Shown here piece by piece: positions 1-13,131 of a stretch of 64,000 bases of DNA; positions within the stretch are counted from its first letter, which is position 1, and each line of letters starts with the position of its first letter. The translations under genes and the position numbers were made by a program. The notes under the pieces were generated by a model. The model did not search any database and was not told the origin of the DNA. It saw nothing but the letters and a program-made list of their open reading frames with translations. Source of the stretch: Iphione sp. A-MEVVRFRX5 (lineage: Eukaryota); assembly GCA_976226885.1 (NCBI GenBank), contig OZ320321.1:2046001-2110000 (forward strand), read 5' to 3'.

Positions 1-540
1 AACGAAACAACGTAGTCGACTGGGTAAATGCTTCATGTGATACCAACATCCCTGAGTAGACATGTAAACACGGATGTAGGACATGAATTCATAACTTCAC
101 CAATTCTCAGACTATATTACACTTATAGATCTATAGTAGTTCGACGAACGCTGCCATTTCAAGTAAAAGCTACCATAGTTCATCATCTTGGATCTAAAAT
201 ACTCCCACTAGTAATGGTGTGTGTCCAAACTCCTCCTCCTCCTAAAGCGGAGGTGGAACTCTGCCGAACTTGACTCCCTGGCTGATAACACGAACTGACG
301 TTTGTTCTGTACCTCAGGCCTCAAGCACTGTTATCTGATAAGAGGGTCATCAACACGAGGCAAAGTAAACCAACATGATTTACTACTTGTCACCAACAAC
401 GCGTGGCTGCTTGCATACCATATCATAATGATACATCATAACGTTTCAGGACGGTGAGGTAACAGGTTCTAGCGAAGGAGGGGGAGCCTGGATGACAGCG
501 TTTTAAAACATCACCACGACTGCCTCCAGTTTCATCTCCT

Positions 541-1370
541 GAATCACCGTGCCTGACTCTGGTCCTTCCCCTATGTCATCATGCCTGACTCTGGTCCTTC
601 CCCTATGTCATCATGCCTGACTCTGGTCCATTCCCTTATGTCACCATGCCTGCCATGCCTGACTCTGGTCCGTCCTCCTGAATCACAATGCCAGACTCTG
701 GTCTGTCCCCCTATGTTATCAGGACTGACTCTGGTCCGTCCCGCTGAATCACCATGCCTGACTCTGGTCCATCCTCCCATGTCACCATGCCTGACTCTGG
801 TCTGTCCTCCTATGTCACCATGCCTGCCATGCCTGACTGTGGTTCCTCCTCCTGAATCACCATGCCTGACTCTGGTCCGTCCCCCTGAATCACCCTGCCT
901 GACTGACTCTGGTCTGTCCCCCTATGTCACTATGCCTGCCATGCCTGACTCTGGTCTGTCCCCCTGAATCACCATCCCTGACTCTTGTCCATCCCCCTAT
1001 GTCACCATGCCTACCATGCCTTGACTCTGGTCCATCCCCCTATGTCACCAAGCCTGACTCTGGTCTGTCCCCCTGAATCACCATGCCTGACTGACTCTGG
1101 TCCGTCCCCCTATGTCACTATGCCTGACTCTGGTCCACCCCCCTATGTCACTATGCCTGCCATGCCTTACTCTGGTCCGTCCTCCTATGTCACCATGCCT
1201 GACTCTGGTCTGTCCCCTATGTCACCATGCCTACCATGCCTGACTCTGGTCTGTCCCCCTATGTCACCATGCCTACCATGCCTGACTCTGGTCCATCCCC
1301 CTATGTCACCATGCCTGACTCTGGTCCTTCCCCCTATGTCACCATGCCTACCATGCCTGACTCTGGTCCA
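541..1370. repeat. Minisatellite, 33-42-bp units (cctatgtcaccatgcctgactctggtcc core)
   Basis: Tandem units are directly visible and account for ORFs 571..780, 581..967 and 985..1455. Confidence 0.95.
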
Positions 1371-1481
1371 TATCATGCATGAACAGAGCATCATGACTGG
1401 CTTCCGTCTAATATCATGTAGCCTGGAATCCCCAGTCTTCAACATGTCTTCATGAATCAATGTACAGTCCTGGGAAATTAC

Positions 1482-1890
1482 CTTTCTCTGGTCAGAGCGA
1501 TTCAAACACCATCGGCCAAGCTGGAGGGGTCTTTTTTGTAACAAACCACTTTTCACTTTTGTCACTATGGCCTCCCGTTGCCACAGGTTATATTTGATAT
1601 TTACTGTGTGAAATAGAGCGGTGCTGACATTTCCAATAAATTAAACAGAAGTCCACCCTCATCTTTGTTGTTTATTCAAATGAATGCTACATAAACAATA
1701 TTTGTTTGTGATTACAGCATGTTGCAGACAAATCAAGTACATGTACGTTTCTTTAAAAACTAACCATTCTCATCAATAGTATTTTGCACAAAGAGTAATG
1801 CATTGCTGCCTGCATCTGGACAACTCACAGAGACCAACGGATATCAACTTACATTCACCTGACGTTAGTCTGTCTTCACAGTACCGGTGG
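1482..1890 (-). other. Possible spliced exon pair (1853-1890 and 1482-1603) of an unidentified transcript
   Basis: ttgtag acceptor/gtaagt donor around a 38-nt exon, and cacacag acceptor/gtaatt donor around a 122-nt exon. Spliced reading is open: HRYCEDRLTSGE-LNIKYNLWQREAIVTKVKSGLLQKRPLQLGRWCLNRSDQRK. No homolog recognised. Confidence 0.25.
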
Positions 1891-1971
1891 CTACAATTAC
1901 AACCACATTAAGCTTGTTACTGAACAGGGCCTTCACATTAACAGATTAATCCCATCAGAACATCAACAACA

Positions 1972-3160
1972 CAGTCACAGAACCAGCCTGTCATACAGGG
2001 CCTCGCTCCACACATTAAAGCTATCATTAAACACATCCTCCACACATTAGAGTATACTACGGTGGAACATCGACAATACAGTCACCATTCATTACAGCCA
2101 ACAGTCACAGCAATAACCTGTCATACAGGGCCTCGCTCCACACATTAAAGCTGTCATTAAACACATCCTCCACATATTGGAGTATACTACGGTGGAACAT
2201 TGACAATACAGTCACCCTCCATTACAGCCAACAGTTACAGCAATAACCTGTCATACAGGGCCTCGCTCCACACATTAAAGCTATCATTAAACATATCCTC
2301 CACATATTGGAGTATACTACGGTGGAACATTGACAATACAGTCACCCTCCATTAGAGCCAACAGTCACAGCAATAACCTCTCATACAGGGCCTTGCTCCA
2401 CACATTAAAGCTATCATTAAACATATCCTCCACATATTGGAGTATACTACGGTGGAACATCGACAATACAGTCACCCTCCATTAGAGCCAACAGTCACAG
2501 CAACAGCCTCTCATACAGGGCCTCGTTCCACACATTAAAGCTATCATTAAACATATCCTCCACATATTGGAGTATACTACGGTGGAACATTGACAATACA
2601 GTCACCCTCCATTAGAGCCAACAGTCACAGCAATAACCTGTCATACAGGGCCTTGCTCCACACATTAAAGCTATCATTAAACATATCCTCCACATATTGG
2701 AGTATACTACGGTGGAACATTGACAATACAGTCACCCTCCATTAGAGCCAACAGTCACAGCAACAGCCTCTCATACAGGGCCTCGTTCCACACATTAAAG
2801 CTATCATTAAACACATCCTCCACATATTAGAGTATACTACGGTGGAACATCGACAATACAGTCATCCTCCATTACAGCCAACAGTCACAGCAACAGCCTC
2901 TCATACAGGGCCTTGCTCCACACATTAAAGCTATCATTAAACATATCCTCCACACATTAGAGTATACTATGGTGGAACATTGACAATACAGTCACCCTCC
3001 ATTAGAGCCAACAGTCACAGCAACAGCCTCTCATACAGGGCCTCGTTCCACACATTAAAGCTATCATTAAACACATCCTCCACATATTGGAGTATACTAC
3101 GGTGGAACATCGACAATACAGTCACCCTCCATTACAGCCAACAGTTACAGCAATAACCTG
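1972..3160. repeat. Tandem repeat, 130-bp unit, about 9 copies
   Basis: cacattaaagctatcattaa recurs at 130-bp spacing (e.g. 2401, 2531). Confidence 0.95.
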
Positions 3161-3461
3161 TAAACTGTTTAGCTAACTATTGTCAAATACCAACCATGAT
3201 TGTAGCCTGTTGTCTGCTGTTGAATGTCACTGCAAACGTTGGTAGCTTTAGGGGTACCATGGAACAGGTGAGGGTGAGCTTGCCACCAGACCTTCTGTAC
3301 CCTGTTGGTTCAGTGATTCTCCTCTGAGCCCACCACACTCACACCAATCCCTTGTTATGTCAGTGCTGTTAGTGGTATCGCTTAATAGGTACTTTGTAAG
3401 TGTTGTGGCCATATATGTCACCTGACTGTATGCCTGAATAATACAGTAGACAGCCATCTTA

Positions 3462-3872
3462 GGGAACATCTCCAGTAGGGATATGCCTCTAATACGGACA
3501 CATCTCCAGTAGGGACACATCTCTGGTGGGGACATATCTCTAATAGGGACATGCCTCTAATAGGGGCACGTCTCCAGCAGGGACATGCCTCTAATAGGGA
3601 TATATCTCCGATAGGGACATACCTCTAATAGTGATATATCTCTGATAGGGACATGTCTCTAATAGGGATATATCTCTGATAGGGACATGCCTCTAATAGG
3701 GATATATCTCCGATAAGGACATGCCTCTAATAGGGATATATCTCTGATAGGGACATGTCTCTAATAGGGATATATCTCCGATAAGGACATGCCTCTAATA
3801 GGGATATATCTCTGATAGGGACATGCCTCTAATAGGGATATATCTCCGATAGGGACAAGCCTCTAATAGGGA
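3462..3872. repeat. Minisatellite, 34-bp dimer of two 17-bp subunits
   Basis: Alternating agggacatgcctctaat / agggatatatctctgat. Confidence 0.9.
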
Positions 3873-4372
3873 CACTAACAGGGAGAACAGATTCTACTTT
3901 CCCTGTATTAAAAGAAGTCTCCAGTAGGGACTCCCCTTAATAGACCCATCGCTTTCTTACTGCATCAGCAAAACTACATCACACTAACAAGAAATTCACC
4001 ATTAAAACATCAGTTTTGAGATACTTAAATGTCTCTTTTTTGCTTTCTATGATGAAATGAATACAAATGCATTATCACAGAGGTTTGGAAATATTTGACA
4101 GAATGCAGAAGATATGTTGTAGTTTTTATATGTTCTGCTGAAATACACCAAAACCAACGTTATCTGAAAGGGTCTATTAGTGACAGTTTCAGAAAGAACC
4201 AAAGATGTCCCAATTAGAGGTTTTCTGCTACATATTACTTTTCATAATGAAAATCGACCAGAAGGTGACAACTGTATTGTCAAGTTGAACGCATTCCTCA
4301 GCATTTCGTGTATCACCTTATACACAGGGCTGGTCCTGGCCACTGTATTCTTGAGCTGACCATATCATAAGG

Positions 4373-5843
4373 GTACTGAACACGACCTAACCCCACACGT
4401 TCCAGCTGTTACTACTACAGGGCCTCACACACATCAGTTAAGTGAACACGACCTAACCTCACACATTACAGCTGTTACTACTACAGGGCCTCACACACAA
4501 CAGGTAAGTGAACACGACCTAACCCCACACATTACAGCTGTTACTACTACAGGGCCTCACACACAACAGGTAAGTGAACACGAACTAACCCCACACATTA
4601 CAGCTGTTACTACTACAGGGCCACACACACGTCAGGTAAGTGAACATGACCTAACGCCACATGTTACAGCTGTTACTGCTACAGGGCCTCACACACATCA
4701 GTTAAGTGAACACGACCTAACCCCACACATTACAGCTGTTACTACTACAGGGTCTCACACACGTCAGGTAAGTGAATACGACCTAACCCCACACATTACA
4801 GCTGTTACTACTACAGGGTCTCACACACGTCAGGTAAGTGAACACGACCTAACCCCACACATTACAGCTGTTACTACTACAGGGCCACACACATGTCAGG
4901 TAAGTGAACACGACCTAACCCCACACATTACAGCTGTAACTACTACAGGTAACTACTACAGGGCCTCACACACGTCAGGTAAGTGAACACGACCTAACCC
5001 CACACATTACAGCTGTTACTACTACAGGGCCACACACACGTCAGGTAAGTGAATACGACCTAACCCCACACATTACAGCTGTTACTACTACAGGGCCTCA
5101 CACACGTCAGGTAAGTGAACACGACCTAACCCCAAACATTACAGCTGTTACTACTACAGGGTCTCACACACGTCAGGTAAGTGAACACGACCTAACCCCA
5201 CACATTACAGCTGTAACTACTACAGGGCCTCCCACACGTCAGGTAAGTGAACACGACCTAACCCCACACATTACAGCTGTAACTACTACAGGGCCACACA
5301 CACGTCAGGTAAGTGAACACGACCTAACCCCACACATTACAGCTGTTACTACTACAGGGCCTCCCACACGTCAGGTAAGTGAACACGACCTAACCCCACA
5401 CATTACAGCTGTTACTACTACAGGGCCACACACACGTCAGGTAAGTGAACACGACCTAACCCCACACATTACAGCTGTTACTACTACAGGGCCACACACA
5501 CATCAGGTAAGTGAACACGACCTAACCTCACATGTTACAGCTGTTACTACTACAGGGCCACACACACGTCAGGTAAGTGAACATGACCTAACCCCACACA
5601 TTACAGCTGTTACTACTACAGGGCCTCACACACATCAGGTAAGTGAACACGACCTAACCCCACACATTACAGCTGTTACTACTACAGGGTCTCACACACG
5701 TCAGGTAAGTGAACACGACCTAACCCCACACATTACAGCTGTTACTACTACAGGGCCACACACACGTCAGGTAAGTGAACATGACCTAACCCCAAACATT
5801 ACAGCTGTTACTGATACATGGCCTCCATGTGTGTCTGGTAAGT
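4373..5843 (+). repeat. Minisatellite, 66-bp unit, about 22 copies, containing splice-site consensus motifs
   Basis: Unit gtaagtgaacacgacctaaccccacacattacagctgttactactacagggcctcacacacgtcag. Confidence 0.95.
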
Positions 5844-6347
5844 TTATATGGTACACTCTGAGTTAGTTTCTCCAGGACGAACATCGTTAACAAGACCCAG
5901 GAATTCTCCAGGCCAAACCTCCTCATCAGTTTAATAACCCGTTATTTGTAAAATGTAACTGGTGGAACAATTCTAGATAAGGAATTTTAAACATATTGCT
6001 AATGTGAATGATGAATTTCATGCTGACATTCGTAACCTTTTATATTCACAGGCTTCAAGCAAAAACAATTCATCTACATGAGTTAATCTCTAACTCACCA
6101 ATGAATCACACCATATTGAATAGTTATTCTCTTTATTGTTTGAACTGTTGATTCAAAGATGTTGAAATACATAAATTTCAGAATCTAATGAATTATTAAT
6201 TATACCGGCCAAGTTTTAAGATTATAGTAATAGTTATGACAAAATACCAAACTAAATACTTAAATTGACTGAACCTCTACATATCCCTACCAACCGTTAC
6301 AATGCAAAAAGTTAATGACCTGAATCATAGCAGTTGTTCTCTCATAC

Positions 6348-6385
6348 TGCCAGAAGAAGTCCTCGAGAGAGGACGAAACGTTGCA
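6348..6385 (+). ncRNA. Degenerate minimal type I hammerhead-ribozyme-like motif (Penelope-like element type)
   Basis: TGC-CAGAAGAA-GTCCTC(GAGA)GAGGAC-GAAACGT-T-GCA, with AATAAA about 20 nt downstream. The core reads CAGA instead of CUGA. Confidence 0.5.
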
Positions 6386-6804
6386 CTTCTGTCATTGTTT
6401 CATGTCAATAAAAGCCCCAAAACAAGGCACTTATAGTGGTTGGGAGTTTTCTTAACTTTGCTAATTCTAGCTAACAATAAAGATCCTCAAGGAAATCTAA
6501 AAAAAAAACTTACAGAGCTTTCAATGCTTTCCTGAAAGTGACATCCTAACTGCTGAACTATCTGAGTCACAGCCACGACACCAATGCCCGATGATGAGCT
6601 CAAGAAATGTGAGTCGCCAGAGTGGACAGAGCCTCAGCCTTGAGAGGAGGGGTAGGCACCCGTACACAAACCTACAGGATTATAGCGTTCCTCTTATGGG
6701 GTGTCTGTGGGGGGGAGGGGGAGGGTGTCATCCGTACACAGAAGGACACCCGCTAAGACTTCCTCCACATGAGACTGTAACCTACACGTTTATTATGTTC
6801 CTCG

Positions 6805-7100
6805 TGTGTGTGTGTGGGGGCTGCATGTGTTTGGGTGCGTGTACCTATGTGTGTTTATGTGTATGTGTGGGGGTTTGGTGTGTGCATGGCTGGTGTGTGG
6901 GTGTGGGGGGCTGCATGTGTTTGGGTGCGTGTATCTATGTGTGTTCGTGTGTATGTGTGTGGGTTTGGGGTGTGCATGGCTGTGGGTGTGGGTGTGTGTG
7001 GCTGTGTATAGGGGGCTGTGCGTGTTTGTGTTGGTACGTATGTCTGTGTGTTTGTGTGGGGGTTTGGTGTGTGCATGGCTGTGGGTATGTGTGGTTGGGG
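6805..7100. repeat. GT-rich low-complexity repeat
   Basis: Degenerate (GT)n with internal duplications; source of the C/V-rich ORFs. Confidence 0.9.
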
Positions 7101-7629
7101 GGGGGGGCCCCTCAAGACACGTCTGAAATAGTGGGAATTTTTTCTACTGTATATCCGAGGGTACACATGCGGAGAAGAACACAATATACAATATACAATA
7201 TACAACTAAATGAAGAGGAAAAAACACGCATAAAAAACAGTCCGAGACAAGCGATGCTCTTTACTGTTTGCTAAAGGCCCTGGGCCCGAGTTCATCATCT
7301 TGTTTGGTTTAGTGGTACCAGTGACCCCTGGTGCCCTGCCCTCCTGTGTGGGCCTCTCCTGGTGCCGCCTCCTACGAGGTCTACTGAATGCCAACGATAG
7401 CGTATATCAGTAAGGGCGGAGGGCGGGGGGGGGAGGGGCTGCACGTGGTGTCTGTAGTATTCATGATGTAAACGAGAGAATGGCTTCTGGGAGTCAGATA
7501 AAGATGGAAGATATCCTGTCAGGTGGGAACAAACGCGCTCCGACCGACAGTTGTACAACCAACGCTAATTTCCAGCACTCGTCAGCCAGGCGAGCCAGCT
7601 TTACTTGGAGCAACTAACTGACGCGTCAC

Positions 7630-8180
7630 TGTCAAGGATGAGAATTTCCTATAACTAACACATCACTGTCAAGGACGGGGGATCCTTCCATAACTAACAC
7701 ATCACCGTCAAGGACGGGGGATCCTTCCATAACTAACACATCACTGTCAAGGACGGGGGATCCTTCTATAACTAACACATCACTGTCAAGGACGGGGGAT
7801 CCTTCTATAACTAACACATCACCGTCAAGGACAGGGGATCCTTTTATAACTAACACATCACCATCAAGGACAGGGGATCCTTCTATAACTAACACATCAC
7901 TGTCAAGGACGGGGGATCCTTCTATATCTGACATCACTGTGAAGAATCGGATCCTTCTACAACTAACACATCACTGCCAAAGATAGAGGATCCTCCTTTA
8001 AGTGACACATTACTGTCAGGGAGGGGGACAAGGAGATAATTCTATAATTGACACACCAATGTCATGGACGGGATTCTCCTATAACAAACGCATCAATGTC
8101 AAGGATGGAGGATTCTCCTATAACTGACAATTCACTGTCAAGGGTGGAGGATTTTTTTCCCATAACTGTCAGGGCCAGGA
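7630..8180. repeat. Minisatellite, 39-bp unit, decaying to the right
   Basis: taactaacacatcactgtcaaggacgggggatccttcta; 13-aa periodicity in ORF 7632..7937. Confidence 0.9.
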
Positions 8181-8659
8181 TCCTCCTTGTAACACAGTCT
8201 AGATAAAGGTGATAGTGTGTCTTTAGAAAAGATGTTCTTAAAGTGTAAAATATTGTATAGTGTACAGATAGAAATACTGAAGTAAAGCCTTATTACAAAG
8301 TACTGTAAGTGGCGCATACAAAATTTTTGTCTGGCAGGTACTTGTGTTCTTCATATCAGCACTAAGCAGAACTAGTCCTATAAAATAGTGTAAAGCCATT
8401 GTATTTCGTATCGAGTCACTCTGTGAACAACGAAGATGTTATCAGTGATCCTTTACAAGTCCCTGGACACCGGGCGCTTGTGACGTCATGAAACCTAAGT
8501 CGTGATGACCTACTGTGTACTTGACATGTAATGAATAACTATGTCCAGTCGGCACGAGTAAACTGCATTGTCACTCTTAGCAAGTAGAGTATATAACGAG
8601 AGTGGTCTGACACTCTTGTCGGACTCGCCTTCCTGCTGCTGCTGAATTGCTGACTCGCT

Positions 8660-9138
8660 GTACTAGTGACTGACTCGCTGTACTAGTGACTGGCCAGTAG
8701 CACAGTGACTGGCGAGTAGCATAGTGACCGGTGAGTAGCACAGTGACTGGTGAGTAGCACAGTGACCAGCAAGTAGTGCAGTGACTGGCAAGTAGCACAG
8801 TGACTAGCGAGTAGCATAGTGACCGGCGAGTAACAGTGACTGGCGAGTAGCACAGTGACCAGCAAGTAGTGCAGTGACTGGCAAGCAGCACAGTGACTGG
8901 CGAGTAGCACAGTGACTGGTGAATAGCACAGTGACTGGTGAATAGCACAGTGACCGGCGAGTAGCATAGTGACAGGCAAGTAGCACAGTGACTGGCGAGT
9001 AGTACAGTGACTGGCAGGTAACACAGTGACTGGCGAGTAGCACAGTGACCGGCGAGTAGCATGGTGACCGGTGAGTAGTGCAGTGACTGGCAAGTAACAA
9101 AGTGACTGGCAAGTAGCACAGTTACTGGCGAGTAGCAA
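8660..9138. repeat. Minisatellite, 19-bp unit
   Basis: cacagtgactggcgagtag tandem copies. Confidence 0.9.
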
Positions 9139-9252
9139 TATTTTGATGCTACTGGTCACCATGTTTATGATGGAAAATGACACACTTGAAGGGAAGTTAA
9201 ACTAACAACCTGATCACTACCTCAGTTTCTTAAACTATCCATCTGACTTCGG

Positions 9253-9870
9253 TGTGAATAACATTCCAGCACAGGATGTGACTGCAGTGGGAATAAATTA
9301 TCCTAGGACACAGCATGACTGTGGTGTGAATAACATTCCAGCACACAATATAATGGTAGTGGGAATAACATATCAGCACACAGTGCGACTGTGGTGTGAA
9401 TAACTTATCACTGCACACAATATAATGGTAGTGGGAATAACATATCAGCACACAGTGTGACTGTGGTGTGAATAACTTATCTTGGCACACAATGCAACTG
9501 CTGTGTGAATGACATATCCCTGCACACAATATAACGGTAGTGGGAATAACATCAGCACACAGTGCGCCTGTGGTGTGAATAACTTATCTTGGCACATGGT
9601 GTGACTGTGGTGGGAATAACTTATCTTGGCACATGGTGTGACTGTGGTGGGAATAACATATCCCAGCACACAGCATGACTGTGGTGTGAATAAGTTATCT
9701 TGGCACATGGTGTGACTGTGGTGGGAATAACTGATCCTGACATCCCAGCACACAGTGCGACTGTGGTATGACTGTAGGGTGAATAACATATCCCAGCACA
9801 CAGCATGACTGTGGTGTGGATAACATCCCAGCACACAGTGCGACTGTGGTGTGACTGTAGGGTGAATGAC
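9253..9870. repeat. Irregular minisatellite, about 38-41-bp units
   Basis: Recurrent gactgtggtg(t/g)gaataac...cagcacaca. Confidence 0.85.
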
Positions 9871-10892
9871 ATCTTTCTCAGGATGAGGTCAACAGGTCAA
9901 CACGACGCTGGTGATTGTCAGTAGTCATAGTGACTAATCCAACTTCAAGCTGCTTCTTATCACGAACACCCTCAAGCTGTGGTGGGGGGGGGGGGGTGGA
10001 GAGTGAGCCTGTAGCTCCATGGCTACCGTTCCTGCTAGAAAGGGAGGCTGTCTGGCTTTCCACCACCTCACTCAATCTAGCGGTCGCCCGGGCCCTGCCC
10101 AGTAGACACCTTCAACCCTGAACCCCAATCACAGCTAAACAGATACTGCAACCATGAAGTCAATCTTGACGGAGTTGAAGTGACAAAAGGCACTTCTTCC
10201 AAGCGAAACATGAATATAAAGACTATTAAGCTAAAATACATGGGTATACATGTATTTATAGAAATCTTTCCACGTCTGTCTGAACTGTACAAGAGAGCCG
10301 CTACCTCCCAGCCACGGGTCATCATCACTGACTCACGATTCCCTCCAAGGCGGGGGTGGGGGGGAGTTATTCCCTTGGATACGTCATTCCTCCGCTAGAC
10401 TGAGTCTTCTCAAGGCCAAAAGAAACACTTCTAATGGTCCAATTGTAATAACATTTATACCAAATGAAAGCTAAGGACCTAAGGAAGAAAGTGAGCTACA
10501 GCTCATCTTCTTAACTGCCTTACATCAGGAGATACATGCATGGGTATCTAAAATATCACCACCGACTTGTGGTAAAATGATGTAAAAGGGTGTCTTTCCT
10601 GCTAGCAGTAAAAAACATCATTTTTACCGTGAATCTGCAGCGAAACTTTACATGGCTATACAATCCTTCATAATGCTATGGGTTCACTGTCTTCCTTATA
10701 TTCTAAGCTTTCATTTGAAATATGTTCTATGACAATCTGTTCATTAGAAGTGATAGTTGGAGCCTTGGATTACACTGAGTGTAGGAACATGGTAACTTTC
10801 ACTGACTTAATCCCTGGACTAACTCTCCACACACTAAACTCTCCAGAGGGAATAGCTATTCCCATCACTAGTCCAGGGAATAGCTGTTCCCT

Positions 10893-11830
10893 GGGAGTTT
10901 AGATATTGGCGAGGCACTGACTAGAAGTGAGATGGGGACTCCTGCAGGGCTGGGACCTTAGATATTGGCGAGGAACTCCTGCAGTGCTAGGAGTTTAGAT
11001 ATTGGCGAGGCATTTAATAGTGGTGGGACACAGACTCCTGCAGTGCTGGGGCCTCAGATATCAGCGAGGGACTCCTGCAGTGTTAGGAGTTTAGATATCG
11101 GCGGGGCATTTACTAGAAGTGAGATGGGGACACCTGCAGTGCTGGGGCCTTTGATAGCAGCGAGGGACTCCTGCAGGGCTGGTGACTAAGATATTGGCAA
11201 GGGACTCCTGCAGTGTTAGGAGTTTAGATATTGGTGAGGCATTGACTAGAAGTGAGATGGGGACTCCTGCAGGGCTGGGACCTTAGATATTGGCGAGGAA
11301 CTCCTGCAGTGCTAGGAGTTTAGATATTGGCGAGGCATTTAATAGTGGTGGGACACAGACTCCTGCAGTGTTAGGAGATTAGATATTGGCGAGGCATTGA
11401 CTAGAAGTGAGATGGGGACTCCTGCAGGGCTGGGACCTTAGATATTGGCGAGGAACTCCTGCAGTGCTAGGAGTTTAGATATTGGCGAGGCATTTAATAG
11501 TGGTGGGACACAGACTCCTGCAGTGCTGGGGCCTCAGATATCAGTGAGGGACTCCTGCAGTGTTAGGAGTTTAGATACTGGTGCGGCATTGACTAGAAGT
11601 GAGATGGGGACCCCTACAGTGCTGGGGCCTCAGATATCAGTGAGGGACTCCTGCAGTGTTAGGAGTTTAGATATTGGCGAGGCATTGACTAGAAGTGAGA
11701 TGGGGACACCTGCAGTGCTGGGGCCTTCGATAGCAGCGAGGGACTCCTGCAGGGCTGGTGACTAAGATATTGGCAAGGGACTCCTGCAATGTTAGGAGTT
11801 TAGATATCAGCTGGGCATTCACTAGAGGTG
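10893..11830. repeat. Higher-order minisatellite, 96-bp unit built from two related subunits
   Basis: 32-aa periodicity; ORFs 10965 and 11445 start identically 480 bp apart. Confidence 0.9.
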
Positions 11831-12939
11831 AGTAGTACTACTATGCAGTGGCTCTTATATGATATTTTATAAGTTTCTTTATATATTTTCTGCAGAGGAA
11901 AGTACATAGTGGACTTGGGATGCTCTGAACCTTATATATGTTGATGAAAAGGTATTCTGTCTTGGACTCTCATGATTGCTATTTCAGAATGGATGACAGC
12001 TGTAGGAACTCCATCTATCAGTTATGCCCTCTTTATTACTCTATTTTGACTTTTTTTATTTAAGATATTAGTTTTTATATCAACTGTTGGTCAAATCATA
12101 TCCATGTATGTAATCATAATATTGGATATATACATAAAATTTGAAATTACAGACCTAAATACATTGACTGGTTCAGTGGGTGTGTCTTTCGACAGTATAA
12201 TACTAGGAAACATTTCCGATTTCTTATTAGTTGGTGATACAACCATACACTGTGTTTTCACTGTGTTCAAAGCTTGCGAATTACTTATGCAATATATTTT
12301 TACTGGTATATATGTATATCCTACGAATGTCTACTGTAAAATTCCATGATATGTGAGTATCGTTATATACGTAGGTCCATTGTTATTCAAGTTATTTTTC
12401 TGTTAACCGATTATTCTAGGAGATCGACTAAGGCTGAAAACTACCACTTACCGCTGATGCCTTTGTTGTATTCATTCTCTTGAAATTTAGTATTTTTAAT
12501 TAGTATGTAGTTTTCTGAAATTAGTATGTAGTTTTCTTAAATGTGGTTTCTAAGACTCCCGAACTCGGCAGGACTGAATGTGAACACTACTAGGTCTTCC
12601 ACTTCATCCTTTCATGACTTTTCTTCTCTTGAAGGATTATCCTTAGGTTCTTGTTTCAGATGTGTGCTAACAATGTTTGGTAGCATGATATATACATCAG
12701 GTAAAAGGTATATGTATATATATATATATACATGATGTAGATTTTACATGCGTATTACACCATAATACTAGTATATATCAGGTTTGAACAAGTACAAGGT
12801 GTTCTCAAACTTAACGTGTATTAAAATGAGCTTCTATTTACCTAGTGCCCAATTTCAAGTGTATTTCTGACCGAATACCGCATTTCGTATCAGATAATTC
12901 TCACGTGCACACTATAATTAAAACACCGATGTGGCCATG

Positions 12940-13125
12940 TTCTCCCGTCCGCCCTGAACCTGGCTTGACGGTTCCTCTTTGGAAGCGACTTTCTGCGGAG
13001 AGATTGGGGGTATTTCTCGTCTATTCCGGTTCCGTTTGGCCGCGCCGCCATCGCCGTCAATACGTACAGGACGGAGCCGCGCCGCCAGCATGAGCCAACG
13101 CTGAGTCAGCAGCTGTCATGACCTG
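12940..13125. promoter_or_regulatory. Small CpG-rich island, possible internal promoter or first exon
   Basis: High CpG density, ttccggttcc (ETS-like), and a minus-strand ATGGCGGCG at 13051. No recognisable protein. Confidence 0.3.
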
Positions 13126-13131
13126 GTAGGG

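Noticed and set aside
3197-3267. Plus-strand MIVACCLLLNVTANVGSFRGTMEQ, resembling the INPP5A N-terminus (LLVTANVGS)
   Set aside because: The match is short and no downstream 5-phosphatase exons were found.
10560-10610. GKTP motif as the missing ankyrin exon 2
   Set aside because: It reads GKTPFYII; a TPLH reading needs a frameshift, and there is no ankyrin context or suitable splice site.
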